Part shown: piece after piece, positions 24,451 to 32,000 of the stretch
How the letters are laid out: each line of letters begins with the position of its first letter
Numbering within the stretch: position 1 is the first letter of the stretch
Assembly (NCBI RefSeq): GCF_016806735.1
Contig: NZ_CP060530.1
Span: forward strand, 900,001-932,000
DNA length: 32,000 nucleotides
Source: Candidatus Micrarchaeum sp.
Lineage (GTDB): Archaea; Micrarchaeota; Micrarchaeia; Micrarchaeales; Micrarchaeaceae
Reading direction: 5' to 3'
Notes under the pieces: generated by a model
Database searches by the model: none
The model's input: the letters and a program-made list of their open reading frames with translations, nothing else
Told to the model about the DNA's origin: nothing
Translations under genes and position numbers: made by a program

Positions 24451-25194
24451 TTATACTTTTACGATTTCGCCAAGATGCTCTTTCTTTGCTTTCAGGTGCT
24501 TTATTGTGTGCCTGTCTGCTTTTATTTCCAGAGGCCTTAGCTTTGGATTATATCCATTCTCTTCAAGCTCCTTAAGCTTTGAACGGTTGTTCGCTATTAC
24601 GGTTATTGAGTGATCTCTTTCCAAACCGAAGAATTTCAGAAGCGCAACCACGCCGTAATAATCCCTTATGTCAACTTTCTTGTTGACTGCCTTTGCAGCT
24701 TCGTATGTATCGTATCCCAGATATTCCTGCAGGGCCAGCGTAGCATACTTCTTTGCGAATCCGTGGCCTCTGCCCTCCTGCTTTGGGATGGTTATTAACA
24801 AACCAGAGCCGTGGCTGCTTATGATTTTCATTGATTCAATAAGCTGCTGCCTGCACGTACAGGTATTGTCAAGATATATTTCACCGCTCCTGCATCCAGA
24901 ATCTGTTTTCAGATATACTTCGTCTTTTTCTCTGAATCTAGGCATTAGGTTTGTTTCGAACTTATTAGCTGCGGCTAAAACCTCGTAGTTTACCCATCTG
25001 TCGCTCAGCTTGAATTCGTATAGCATGAATTTTCCGTAAGGAGTCGATATAGGCCCAGCTGCATACCTTTTCACATTTACCCTTCTTTTCCTTTTTCCAT
25101 AATAAACCGTAATTGAAGTTTCCATTGGCTTTGATGCTGCCATTATATCTTCAACTCTTATGCCTTTCATATTGCCACCAATACCGTAAGACAA
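24451..25194 (-). CDS. GTP cyclohydrolase II (RibA) family protein
   Basis: By-eye alignment to E. coli RibA: ISTPYGKFMLYEF / LPTPWGDFLMVGF. Zinc ligands have identical spacing, C-x10-C-x-C (GCRSGEIYLDNTCTCRQQL). EGRGHGF..K..A..LQ, GYDTYEAA, DIRDY, NNRSKLKELEENGYN. The start may be MKGIRVED (25170). Confidence 0.8.
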   Translation of the reverse strand: MSYGIGGNMKGIRVEDIMAASKPMETSITVYYGKRKRRVNVKRYAAGPISTPYGKFMLYEFKLSDRWVNYEVLAAANKFETNLMPRFREKDEVYLKTDSGCRSGEIYLDNTCTCRQQLIESMKIISSHGSGLLITIPKQEGRGHGFAKKYATLALQEYLGYDTYEAAKAVNKKVDIRDYYGVVALLKFFGLERDHSITVIANNRSKLKELEENGYNPKLRPLEIKADRHTIKHLKAKKEHLGEIVKV

Positions 25195-25236
25195 TCTTAA
25201 AACACCAATATAAAGGTTTTTGCGAAAGAAATATCC

Positions 25237-26376
25237 ATGTCACTGGTGGCAAACTATATGCAATACATTGTATTTTTCGATAAAAGGTTTTTGCGGCAGT
25301 CAATAAACGAGCTGAAATCCATAACTGGGGAATCCAAGATATCGAAGTATTTATCGGATTCGATAATAATAGTGGATACCGGAGAAAAGGAAGCAGACCT
25401 CAAGGCAATATACGATTCCGTGTTCCTTTACAAAGCGGAGGAACTTCTTTTTGAAGTGGATGTCTCTTCCGGATATGCAGGCCTTGAAGAGAAGCTTGCT
25501 GGCGTTCAGAAGGAGAAAAAATATCAATCGTCGAAGACAGAAGTCCTCAAGGAAACCGCTATCGACGAAAGGAATGCCAAGAGCATAGAGGTAGAGATAG
25601 GAACTGGTATGGAGAAATACGGAGCTAAGATAGACCTGGTGAACCCTAGCGCAGTATTCCACATAATAATTAATGGAGGCACCGCTTACGTGTCAATCGC
25701 AGGCTCAAGCAACGCCTACGGGGCAACGCTTGATTATTTCAGGCACAGGAACATGGACAAGGACATATTGGAGAATGGCATAAGCAGGGCAGAATTCAAG
25801 ATACAAGAGGCAATGGGCTACTTCGACATTAAGATAGGAAAAGGCTTTAGGGCACTCGACATAGGAGCTGCACCGGGTGGCTGGAGCAGATACCTAATGA
25901 AAAATGGCGCAAGCGTGGTAGCCATTGATGCAGGAAGAATAAACTACTCGGCAATGCCAGAAAACAGCAGGATTGCCGTTGTGCTTGGCAAGGAGCGCGA
26001 GATTGCGGATGCCGAAGGCATTGACGTGCTGGATATGGAAAAGCTTGATGAGAGTGCAAAGAGTTATGGCCTGCTGCACATAAAGGAGCTGTTCGAGAAC
26101 ATAAAGATCTCGGAACTCGTAAAGCTTGGCCCGTTCGACATCATGTGCATAGACATAAACATACCTGCCCAGGAGTCGGCAATAATAGCCGCAGTATGCT
26201 CCGAAGCGCTTAAGAAAGGAGCTTTCCTGATACTGACACTGAAGATGACAGATGACAGGATAGAGCAGGCAATAGCCAAGTCGAAGGAGGCTCTCGGCGC
26301 AACATACGAAGGCATGCGCGTGAAGAAGCTCCCGCACGACAGGAAAGAATTAACATTATTTGCGGTAAAAATATGA
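25237..26376 (+). CDS. SAM-dependent RNA 2'-O-methyltransferase, RlmM/FtsJ-like with THUMP-like N-domain
   Basis: GFRALDIGAAPGGWSRYLMKNGASVVAIDAG closely parallels the RlmM motif I (AVDLGACPGGWTYQLVKR...VDNG). ~200-aa N-terminal domain before the MTase fold. DIMCIDIN motif. Confidence 0.7.
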   Translation: MSLVANYMQYIVFFDKRFLRQSINELKSITGESKISKYLSDSIIIVDTGEKEADLKAIYDSVFLYKAEELLFEVDVSSGYAGLEEKLAGVQKEKKYQSSKTEVLKETAIDERNAKSIEVEIGTGMEKYGAKIDLVNPSAVFHIIINGGTAYVSIAGSSNAYGATLDYFRHRNMDKDILENGISRAEFKIQEAMGYFDIKIGKGFRALDIGAAPGGWSRYLMKNGASVVAIDAGRINYSAMPENSRIAVVLGKEREIADAEGIDVLDMEKLDESAKSYGLLHIKELFENIKISELVKLGPFDIMCIDINIPAQESAIIAAVCSEALKKGAFLILTLKMTDDRIEQAIAKSKEALGATYEGMRVKKLPHDRKELTLFAVKI

Positions 26377-26386
26377 TAGTGGTTGA

Positions 26387-26725
26387 ATGATGCCAAACAT
26401 AGACCCCAGAACGCTCAAGAGCATGATGGCAAAGATGGGAATAAAATCATCAGAGCTCAATGCAGACAAGGTAGTCATATCCTGTGCCGACAAGGACATA
26501 GTCATAACCGACCCTCAGGTAACTATGATAGAGGCGCAGGGCACGAAGAGCTTCCAGATAGCTGGAACGATAACCGAAAACGAGAAGAGCGTAAGCATAG
26601 AGATAAGCGAAGATGACGTGAAAATGGTCATGGAGAGCTCGGGCGCAAGCGAGGATGACGCAAGAAAGGCCTTAGAAGACTCCAACGGGGACATAGCCAA
26701 GGCCATACTGGAGCTCAAGAAATAG
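26387..26725 (+). CDS. nac: Nascent polypeptide-associated complex protein (archaeal NAC)
   Basis: DPRTLKSMMAKMGIKSSEL..KVVI....IVITDPQVTMIEAQGTKSFQIAG (NAC domain) plus a C-terminal UBA (EDDARKALEDSNGDIAKAILEL). Confidence 0.9.
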   Translation: MMPNIDPRTLKSMMAKMGIKSSELNADKVVISCADKDIVITDPQVTMIEAQGTKSFQIAGTITENEKSVSIEISEDDVKMVMESSGASEDDARKALEDSNGDIAKAILELKK

Positions 26726-26733
26726 AGCAAGCT

Positions 26734-27045
26734 TTATTCTGGGTTCATCCAATAGGCGTGGGCGTATGGGACGTCCATGACCTTATTTATGTTTTCGGCC
26801 TTTATCAGATTTTGCCTTATTGCAGTTTCTACCGCTTCCTTTCCAACTATATTGGCCGAATTGAACTTCTGGTGCTCTGGAAGCTCTATGCTCTCCGGAT
26901 CCACAAGGTCGCCAACATAGAAATCCGAATAGTCCTTCAGGTCTATGACAAGGTCGCCTTCCTCAAGAACCTTACCTATTAGCGATTCGTCACACATGGC
27001 TATTATTGTACCTTCGTCCGTATCGTGTATCTTCACGTATATCAT
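26734..27045 (-). CDS. DUF424 family protein
   Basis: 103 aa. MIYVKIHDTDEGTIIAMCDESLIGKVLEEGDLVIDL..FYVGDLV fits the archaeal DUF424 pattern. It begins 4 nt after the GT2 gene's stop codon (5 nt start-to-end). Confidence 0.6.
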   Translation of the reverse strand: MIYVKIHDTDEGTIIAMCDESLIGKVLEEGDLVIDLKDYSDFYVGDLVDPESIELPEHQKFNSANIVGKEAVETAIRQNLIKAENINKVMDVPYAHAYWMNPE

Positions 27046-27049
27046 AAAA

Positions 27050-28597
27050 TCATCCGTACTTGTACATAAAGAGCGTGGCGAAAAGGTACATGAAACCGTA
27101 TACCATCAGCCATAGCCCTCCAGATATGTGGTTTGTCTTTGCTGCAAAAAAGCTCAGGGCGAATATGAATGTTGCGAATGCCAGTTCAACCCTGGTATTC
27201 ATTATGGAGAACACCAGCTTGCTCTTGCCTGGATCGTTGTTCCTGTTCCAATGCACTCCAGGATTGCTCTGCGTTATAGCAGCTATTGCTGCCTTGGTCC
27301 TTGAGAAAGCAAGCGCAAAGTTTAGCGCGAACACCATGAAGCCCTTCTTTACAGAGTTAAAGTATATCTTGGTCATTATGACCGGGGCAAGGAATGAGAG
27401 CACCAGCGCTATAGAGCCGAATATCTCTAAATCTAAGCCAACATACTTGGCGTTGAATATCTGGTGTATGTTCAGGTTTACGAATGGCACTGCCGAGAAC
27501 ACTATGAATATTGAGACTATGGTAAACATTATCAGTATTACGGATATGTAATTCAGGCCAAACCCGTGCGTGAGGTAGTCCATGCTTGATATGGGCGAGC
27601 CCTTCATGCTCTTCCTGTTCTTGAAAAAGTATTTTATGAACTGGGTGTCGCCGTAGTTGTAGCGCCACTGCTGCTTGACCAGCTCAGTAAACTTCTTTAT
27701 GGGCTTGCCAAGGGCATACACTTTTGGCACATAGAGGCTCTTGTAGTTGTATAGGTCCGACTTGAAGCTGAAGAACGTATCCTCTATAACGTATTCCGGG
27801 AAGCCGCCTATGTCCCGCAGGGCGGACACCCTTATTATCCCGCACGAGCCGGCAAATATGGCAGTGTTGTTTAAGGCCCTTGCAGGCTCTATGAACTTGA
27901 AGAAGAACCCATCGAATATGTTTATGGAATCCGCAAACAGATTTGCCTTCCTGTGTGTTTTTTCTGTCTGTATGTATGACAGGTTCGGGTCCTGAAAGTA
28001 TGGGAGAAGGTCCTTTAGGAACTTCTGGTTTGTCAGCCTTTCATCATAATCGAAAATTGCTATAAACTCCTCTTTCATGCTGCCGACGAAGTTGTTAAGC
28101 GCCCCTGCCTTAAAGCCCTTCCTATTGTCCCTGTGCATATACGCGAACTTGTTTTTCTTTGCTATTCGCATCATTTCTGAGCGTATGCCGGCATCGGTGG
28201 AGTCATCCAGAAGGTAGTAATTTAGCGACTTTTGGGGGTACTCGAGCTTCCTTAGATTCGTTATGGTATCCTCTACCATTGCAGGATCCTCGTTGTACAC
28301 AGGAACGACGACCGCAACAGACGGATACGAAAGCATGGGCCTGAGCTTCCTGCGTATCTTTGAAATATACTTGCCGTAGAAGTAAGACCTGTAGTATAAT
28401 ATTGAAGCGGATATGTTGAAAAAGCCAGAGACTACCGATAGTGTTGCGAATGCCGTAGCCACAATGTACATGTAGGTATTCTTGGCTATTATGAAAAGAT
28501 AGAGCGAAAAAGCCAGCCCAGCTATTGCTAGGACTATGAATATTGCCACTGTCAATATGCGCAGGGTGAACTTGTCACCAAAGAATTTATTCTTCAT
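27050..28597 (-). CDS. Membrane-embedded processive GT2 glycosyltransferase (cellulose/chitin/NodC-type synthase-like)
   Basis: 515 aa. 2 N-terminal and ~5 C-terminal TM helices flank a GT-A domain: VAVVVPVYNED, LLDDSTD, FDYDE, VIEDTFF (TED-like), QQWRYNYG (QxxRW). Confidence 0.85.
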   Translation of the reverse strand: MKNKFFGDKFTLRILTVAIFIVLAIAGLAFSLYLFIIAKNTYMYIVATAFATLSVVSGFFNISASILYYRSYFYGKYISKIRRKLRPMLSYPSVAVVVPVYNEDPAMVEDTITNLRKLEYPQKSLNYYLLDDSTDAGIRSEMMRIAKKNKFAYMHRDNRKGFKAGALNNFVGSMKEEFIAIFDYDERLTNQKFLKDLLPYFQDPNLSYIQTEKTHRKANLFADSINIFDGFFFKFIEPARALNNTAIFAGSCGIIRVSALRDIGGFPEYVIEDTFFSFKSDLYNYKSLYVPKVYALGKPIKKFTELVKQQWRYNYGDTQFIKYFFKNRKSMKGSPISSMDYLTHGFGLNYISVILIMFTIVSIFIVFSAVPFVNLNIHQIFNAKYVGLDLEIFGSIALVLSFLAPVIMTKIYFNSVKKGFMVFALNFALAFSRTKAAIAAITQSNPGVHWNRNNDPGKSKLVFSIMNTRVELAFATFIFALSFFAAKTNHISGGLWLMVYGFMYLFATLFMYKYG

Positions 28598-28738
28598 TTA
28601 AGCATCGCTGTTTATTGCCGGTCCCATAAGCCAAAAGGCTTATAAGAAGATTTTTAAACAAAGCTTTAATTACTTTCGTCAATTCAAGATATGACGTTCG
28701 AGCCCAGAGATAGGCACAAATAAAGAGCTTTACCTGGC

Positions 28739-28750
28739 AAAATATAATAT
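28739..28750 (+). promoter_or_regulatory. TATA-like box for tRNA-Ser
   Basis: aaaatataatat is centred about 32 nt upstream of the tRNA 5' end. Confidence 0.4.
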
Positions 28751-28776
28751 TTCTTCCATTTGATTAGGTTTTATAT

Positions 28777-28875
28777 GCCGGGATGGCGGAAACCGGTAAC
28801 GCGCCAGTGCTTTTGCGGCGAAACTCGAGATCTGGTTTCCTTCGGGAAGTTTGGGTTCAAATCCCAATCCCGGCG
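28777..28875 (+). tRNA. tRNA-Ser (anticodon CGA), class II, with a 15-nt intron
   Basis: Acceptor gccggga/tcccggc + g. D stem gcg/cgc. Long variable arm ttcc-ttcg-ggaa. T arm ttggg-ttcaaat-cccaa. The anticodon arm is canonical only after removing 28808-28822: ccaga-ctCGAga-tctgg. A T-run (ctttttattttt) follows. Confidence 0.8.
28808..28822 (+). other. Putative tRNA intron (non-canonical position, between tRNA nt 30 and 31)
   Basis: Sequence tgcttttgcggcgaa. Excision restores a perfect 5-bp anticodon stem and a C-U-CGA-G-A loop. Flanking bases can form a relaxed bulge-helix-bulge (see findings). Confidence 0.65.
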
Positions 28876-28919
28876 CTTTTTATTTTTGCTTTTGCGTGTT
28901 GTGACGCTCCTTATAGGCA

Positions 28920-30134
28920 TTAGGCATTGCTTTGTTTCTGAAGCTCGGAGATTAATACGGTAGCGTACGACCCTGAGGGAAGGGAGAACTTAAGCTTGAA
29001 CGCTTCACCATGGCTTTCTACTGTAAATGATTTGTACGGGGCGAATGCCGCCCTGAATGAGCCCTTTGCCCTAAGCTCCGGCATGCTCTTGCATTTGAAT
29101 GACTCCCTTGTGAGGCCGTATTCTTCAAGCGCGGCTTTTTCGTATTCCGATATATGTTCGGTTTCATAGCCTATTATGTTTGAAGCCAGGACTGCTGGCC
29201 CTTCTTCATATTTTGATATTTTGGAATAATCCGGGAATCCGTAGCTGTCAAGGCCGCATGAAAGCTCTCCCCTTTCGGGTTTTGTATGCCCTTCTTTATA
29301 TAGCGATTTCACTACCCCGTTGAATATTTCCGATTCTACTGAATGCACGAACATCATTAGCAGCTGCCTTGGAAGCGTCCTCAGCGCTTCTCTGTAATTT
29401 GGCCCGTAGCTTGCCAAGTATGAGATTATCTTCCTTTCGTATTTCAGGTGCTTGGGAAAATAGTTTATAGCATTGCTAAAGTCTTTCTCTGAAGCAAGCC
29501 TTTCCCTGGCTTCCTTGGCTTCCGGCATGTCCTCGTTCGTGCTGTCAGTTAGAAAGAGCATTGCTGCCTGTTCCAGGTTGCCCTTAAGTATGCTTAGGCC
29601 CACTTTCACATTGTTATTCCTGTAGCCAAATCTCTGCGTGCCGTAATAGTTTGGGAACAGTCCGCCGAACTTAGATTCATTCGACTTTATGATATCAATT
29701 GCTTTTTCCTGTTCTATCTTTGGCTTTGCCGTTATCTCAAAAGCATTGCCTTCCAAATCACCAAGCTTTACCTGCTCGGAAGATTTCCACGCGAAGTTTA
29801 TCCTTATGCCAGGTATTCGCAACGAGAGTAGCTTATTTGGGTCAACTCCCCTTATGCTGCACAGCTGTACCGAGACTGCGCGCCTGTCCTTGGTTCCGGC
29901 GAAGCCCACAGACTTTTTGCCCTTTCCGCATGTGCTTGCTATTGCTCCGAGGGCCTGCAGCGTGTTCCATTCCCTCTTTTGCATTGCGAATATCGTAAAT
30001 TCGTCGCCTTCAGGATATTTGAGCTCTTCCCTGGAATATTGCATTTCCGGCTCTAGAACATTATAAGAGCGCGTTATCTCCTTGACAATAAAGTCTTCCG
30101 GAGACGATTTAAGGACGAGAATTTCATCTTCCAT
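28920..30134 (-). CDS. truD: tRNA pseudouridine synthase TruD/Pus7 family (psi13 synthase)
   Basis: N-terminus PEDFIVKEI. Catalytic-Asp motif GFAGTKDRRAVSVQ. YGTQRFG. C-terminus LPSGSYATVLISEL. Start set at MEDEILVLK (30134); the listed 30170 start is also possible. Confidence 0.88.
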   Translation of the reverse strand: MEDEILVLKSSPEDFIVKEITRSYNVLEPEMQYSREELKYPEGDEFTIFAMQKREWNTLQALGAIASTCGKGKKSVGFAGTKDRRAVSVQLCSIRGVDPNKLLSLRIPGIRINFAWKSSEQVKLGDLEGNAFEITAKPKIEQEKAIDIIKSNESKFGGLFPNYYGTQRFGYRNNNVKVGLSILKGNLEQAAMLFLTDSTNEDMPEAKEARERLASEKDFSNAINYFPKHLKYERKIISYLASYGPNYREALRTLPRQLLMMFVHSVESEIFNGVVKSLYKEGHTKPERGELSCGLDSYGFPDYSKISKYEEGPAVLASNIIGYETEHISEYEKAALEEYGLTRESFKCKSMPELRAKGSFRAAFAPYKSFTVESHGEAFKLKFSLPSGSYATVLISELQKQSNA

Positions 30135-30747
30135 CTTTGCTCCTCCTTTTGTAACGGGGCTTTTTTGCATACTGCATGTCCAATCTCTTTTCCTTCTTCG
30201 TGATCTCTACCTTGAGCGCTTCCCTTTCGATTTCAAACGTAGTCTTTTCCAGGAGGTAGCGCAGTGCCACCACTATCACGACTCCGGAAGCTATTATTAC
30301 AATGCCGATGTAGCCTATCCTGAAAAGCACGAAAGCGAAGGCTATTGCTGCTGCTGGAGGGTGCTCGCTCTTGGTTATTATCATAAGCACGGAAACAGAG
30401 AATATGACGAGCGCTGCTACGGCATAAAGAGGCAGCACTGCAAGAGACAATCCTCCAAGCGTGCCCACTATGCCTGCAATTATGTAGCTCTTGACGAATT
30501 TGGAATTCCTGGCTGAGCGCGAGTTTGGTGTTATGAACATTATGTATATGCTGCTAGCGAATGAAGTGAATATGACTGCCGATGTGCCGAGGCCGTAAGC
30601 CTTGTCAATGTTGAAGTATTCTAGAAGGAAGACCAGAAGGGCTAGGTTCAGGCCAGCAAGGACTGCAGGGATTATCCTGTGCTTGAGCCTTTTCCAAGCC
30701 TCTTTTACGCTCTTTGGCTCCCTGTACCTGTACTCTCTCGCCATCAA
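30124..30747 (-). CDS. HPP family integral membrane protein
   Basis: 207 aa with ~5 TM helices and the family-defining motif SEHPPAAAIAFAFV. The start lies 2 nt after the MFS stop, and the 3' end overlaps the truD start. Confidence 0.7.
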   Translation of the reverse strand: MMAREYRYREPKSVKEAWKRLKHRIIPAVLAGLNLALLVFLLEYFNIDKAYGLGTSAVIFTSFASSIYIMFITPNSRSARNSKFVKSYIIAGIVGTLGGLSLAVLPLYAVAALVIFSVSVLMIITKSEHPPAAAIAFAFVLFRIGYIGIVIIASGVVIVVALRYLLEKTTFEIEREALKVEITKKEKRLDMQYAKKPRYKRRSKDGR

Positions 30748-30748
30748 A

Positions 30749-31975
30749 TCAGTTCTTCTGCTTGTATATTCCCAAGAATATGAATAGAGAGAGAAATATT
30801 AATAACCCGGACGCTATGAAGGCGAAGGAATAGCCAACATAATAGGCCATGTAGCCTGCAACAAGAGAGCCTATGAAGTAGGCAATCCCTACGACGCTGC
30901 TGTATAAGCCAAGCTTCCTTCCGGGCTTTTCCGATCCAACAGTCTCGAATAGCAGCGTGTTTGAAACCGTGTAGAACATAGCATAGGCAAGCCCTGCAGT
31001 CAGGGCATAGAGTATCACGTTTATGAGAAGAGATCCGAATCCGGTAAGGAAAATAAAGGCAAAGCCTATTGCCACATAACCAGCTGCCCTCATCGCCAGG
31101 GAGCTCCTGAGCGTGCTCTTTTCTCCCTTTGATTCTGTGAAGCGGCCAGAGTAGTTGAATACGTAGGATTGCACGGCGTATCCTGCAAATATTATGCCGA
31201 ATACGTACACATTTGCAAGGCCTATGTCCCTGAGCCCTGGCACATAGGTGGTGTTGAATATGGCGCTGCCAAGATAGAAAGCGAACATGCCTATGTAGAT
31301 GACTGTGAGCTTGGAAAGCTGATTGTGCTTGCTGCCTATAATCCCGCGTATGAACTTGTACCCTGGAACCCTTATGAATATGAGATTATGCATCAACAGC
31401 CTGAACCTGAGCGCCATGCTATTTTTTATTATTGAACGCCTTTCGAGGTTCTTTGCCGGCTCCGTTATTGACATTGCTATAAGTATGCTGATTATTACGA
31501 AGGGTATGAGCAGCAGCATTACCACTCTTAATGGAAGAAAGCCAGTGAGCACAGATGCGGCGAGCAGGCCGATGGAGCCCCCTATGCTAGAGAGCATCTG
31601 CAGCTTGGAGAATCCGCTCGCCCAGAACTTTTTCTCTATCGTTTCCATGACCAAAAGGCTTAGGGGGGTCGCAAGAGCCGCAGTGAAAAGCGAGAGGAGC
31701 CCGAAAAGGGTTATAGCCATGGCTATGTTGTTTGTGAAGGAGAGTGCCAAGAGAACCAGGCCTGAGCTTGCTATGGATATGTATACGAAAGGCTTTCTGC
31801 TGCCATACCTGTCTACTGCCATGCCCCAAAGGACCGAAGCGGGTATCGAAACGCCGTAGAATACCGCCATGGCGTACGACACGTCAATTACAGTGCCGCC
31901 AAGGTCGAGTATGAAAAGGGCTATTATAGTGCTTATCGGCCCGTAGGCTATCTGATAGGGCAGCATGGAATACAT
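30749..31975 (-). CDS. Major facilitator superfamily transporter
   Basis: ~12 TM helices. MFS loop 2-3 motif GMAVDRYGSRKP. The frame stays open from 31975 to the window edge (..IKGKKGLW-M), so the true start could lie beyond nt 32000. Confidence 0.8.
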   Translation of the reverse strand: MYSMLPYQIAYGPISTIIALFILDLGGTVIDVSYAMAVFYGVSIPASVLWGMAVDRYGSRKPFVYISIASSGLVLLALSFTNNIAMAITLFGLLSLFTAALATPLSLLVMETIEKKFWASGFSKLQMLSSIGGSIGLLAASVLTGFLPLRVVMLLLIPFVIISILIAMSITEPAKNLERRSIIKNSMALRFRLLMHNLIFIRVPGYKFIRGIIGSKHNQLSKLTVIYIGMFAFYLGSAIFNTTYVPGLRDIGLANVYVFGIIFAGYAVQSYVFNYSGRFTESKGEKSTLRSSLAMRAAGYVAIGFAFIFLTGFGSLLINVILYALTAGLAYAMFYTVSNTLLFETVGSEKPGRKLGLYSSVVGIAYFIGSLVAGYMAYYVGYSFAFIASGLLIFLSLFIFLGIYKQKN

Positions 31976-32000
31976 CCACAGCCCTTTTTTGCCCTTTATG

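Noticed and set aside
28626-28643. Hairpin ataagcc-aaaa-ggcttat upstream of the GT2 gene.
   Set aside because: It is a single short stem in a divergent promoter spacer with no flanking conserved sequence or riboswitch-like complexity. Evidence for a function is insufficient.

Overview
The window is an archaeal chromosomal segment. Markers are archaeal-type uL30/uL15, NAC, EndoQ, an aCPSF-type beta-CASP RNase, a class III signal peptide and an intron-bearing tRNA. Codon usage is ATA/AGG/AAG-biased and GC is mid-40s percent by eye. This fits a small-genome DPANN/ARMAN-like or Thermoplasmata-like lineage, but the sequence alone cannot prove that. I can support 37 protein genes and 4 tRNAs (Asn-GTT, Val-TAC, Ala-TGC, Ser-CGA). 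Genes are tightly packed in short operons, and most of the content is housekeeping.

Observations that stand out:
1. A tnpA-less IS200/IS605-type element carries a catalytically intact TnpB, is bracketed by two matching subterminal hairpins, and probably encodes an omegaRNA.
2. tRNA-Ser(CGA) is interrupted by a 15-nt intron at a non-canonical site inside the anticodon stem, with a relaxed bulge-helix-bulge.
3. A histidine kinase lies near a wHTH-REC response regulator whose C-domain looks like a degenerate GGDEF domain. That regulator overlaps a class III signal-peptide (pilin-like) gene and surface glycoprotein genes.
4. A five-gene base-damage operon reads nth-nudix-endoQ-GNAT-xth, with a second nth nearby.
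5. A ~100-nt tract that is about 73% A lies directly upstream of the TTG-initiated beta-CASP RNase gene.
6. An H1-like Lys/Ala-rich tail protein is encoded just downstream of the beta-CASP RNase gene.
7. A uL30-uL15 pair sits without its usual spc/secY neighbours.
8. An AT-rich islet next to tRNA-Ala carries a bacterial-type RibA homologue.

I found no CRISPR array, no rRNA and no recognisable defence or toxin cassette. I found no convincing wholly new multi-gene system beyond these candidates. All family calls are by-eye motif recognition and need HMM or BLAST confirmation.
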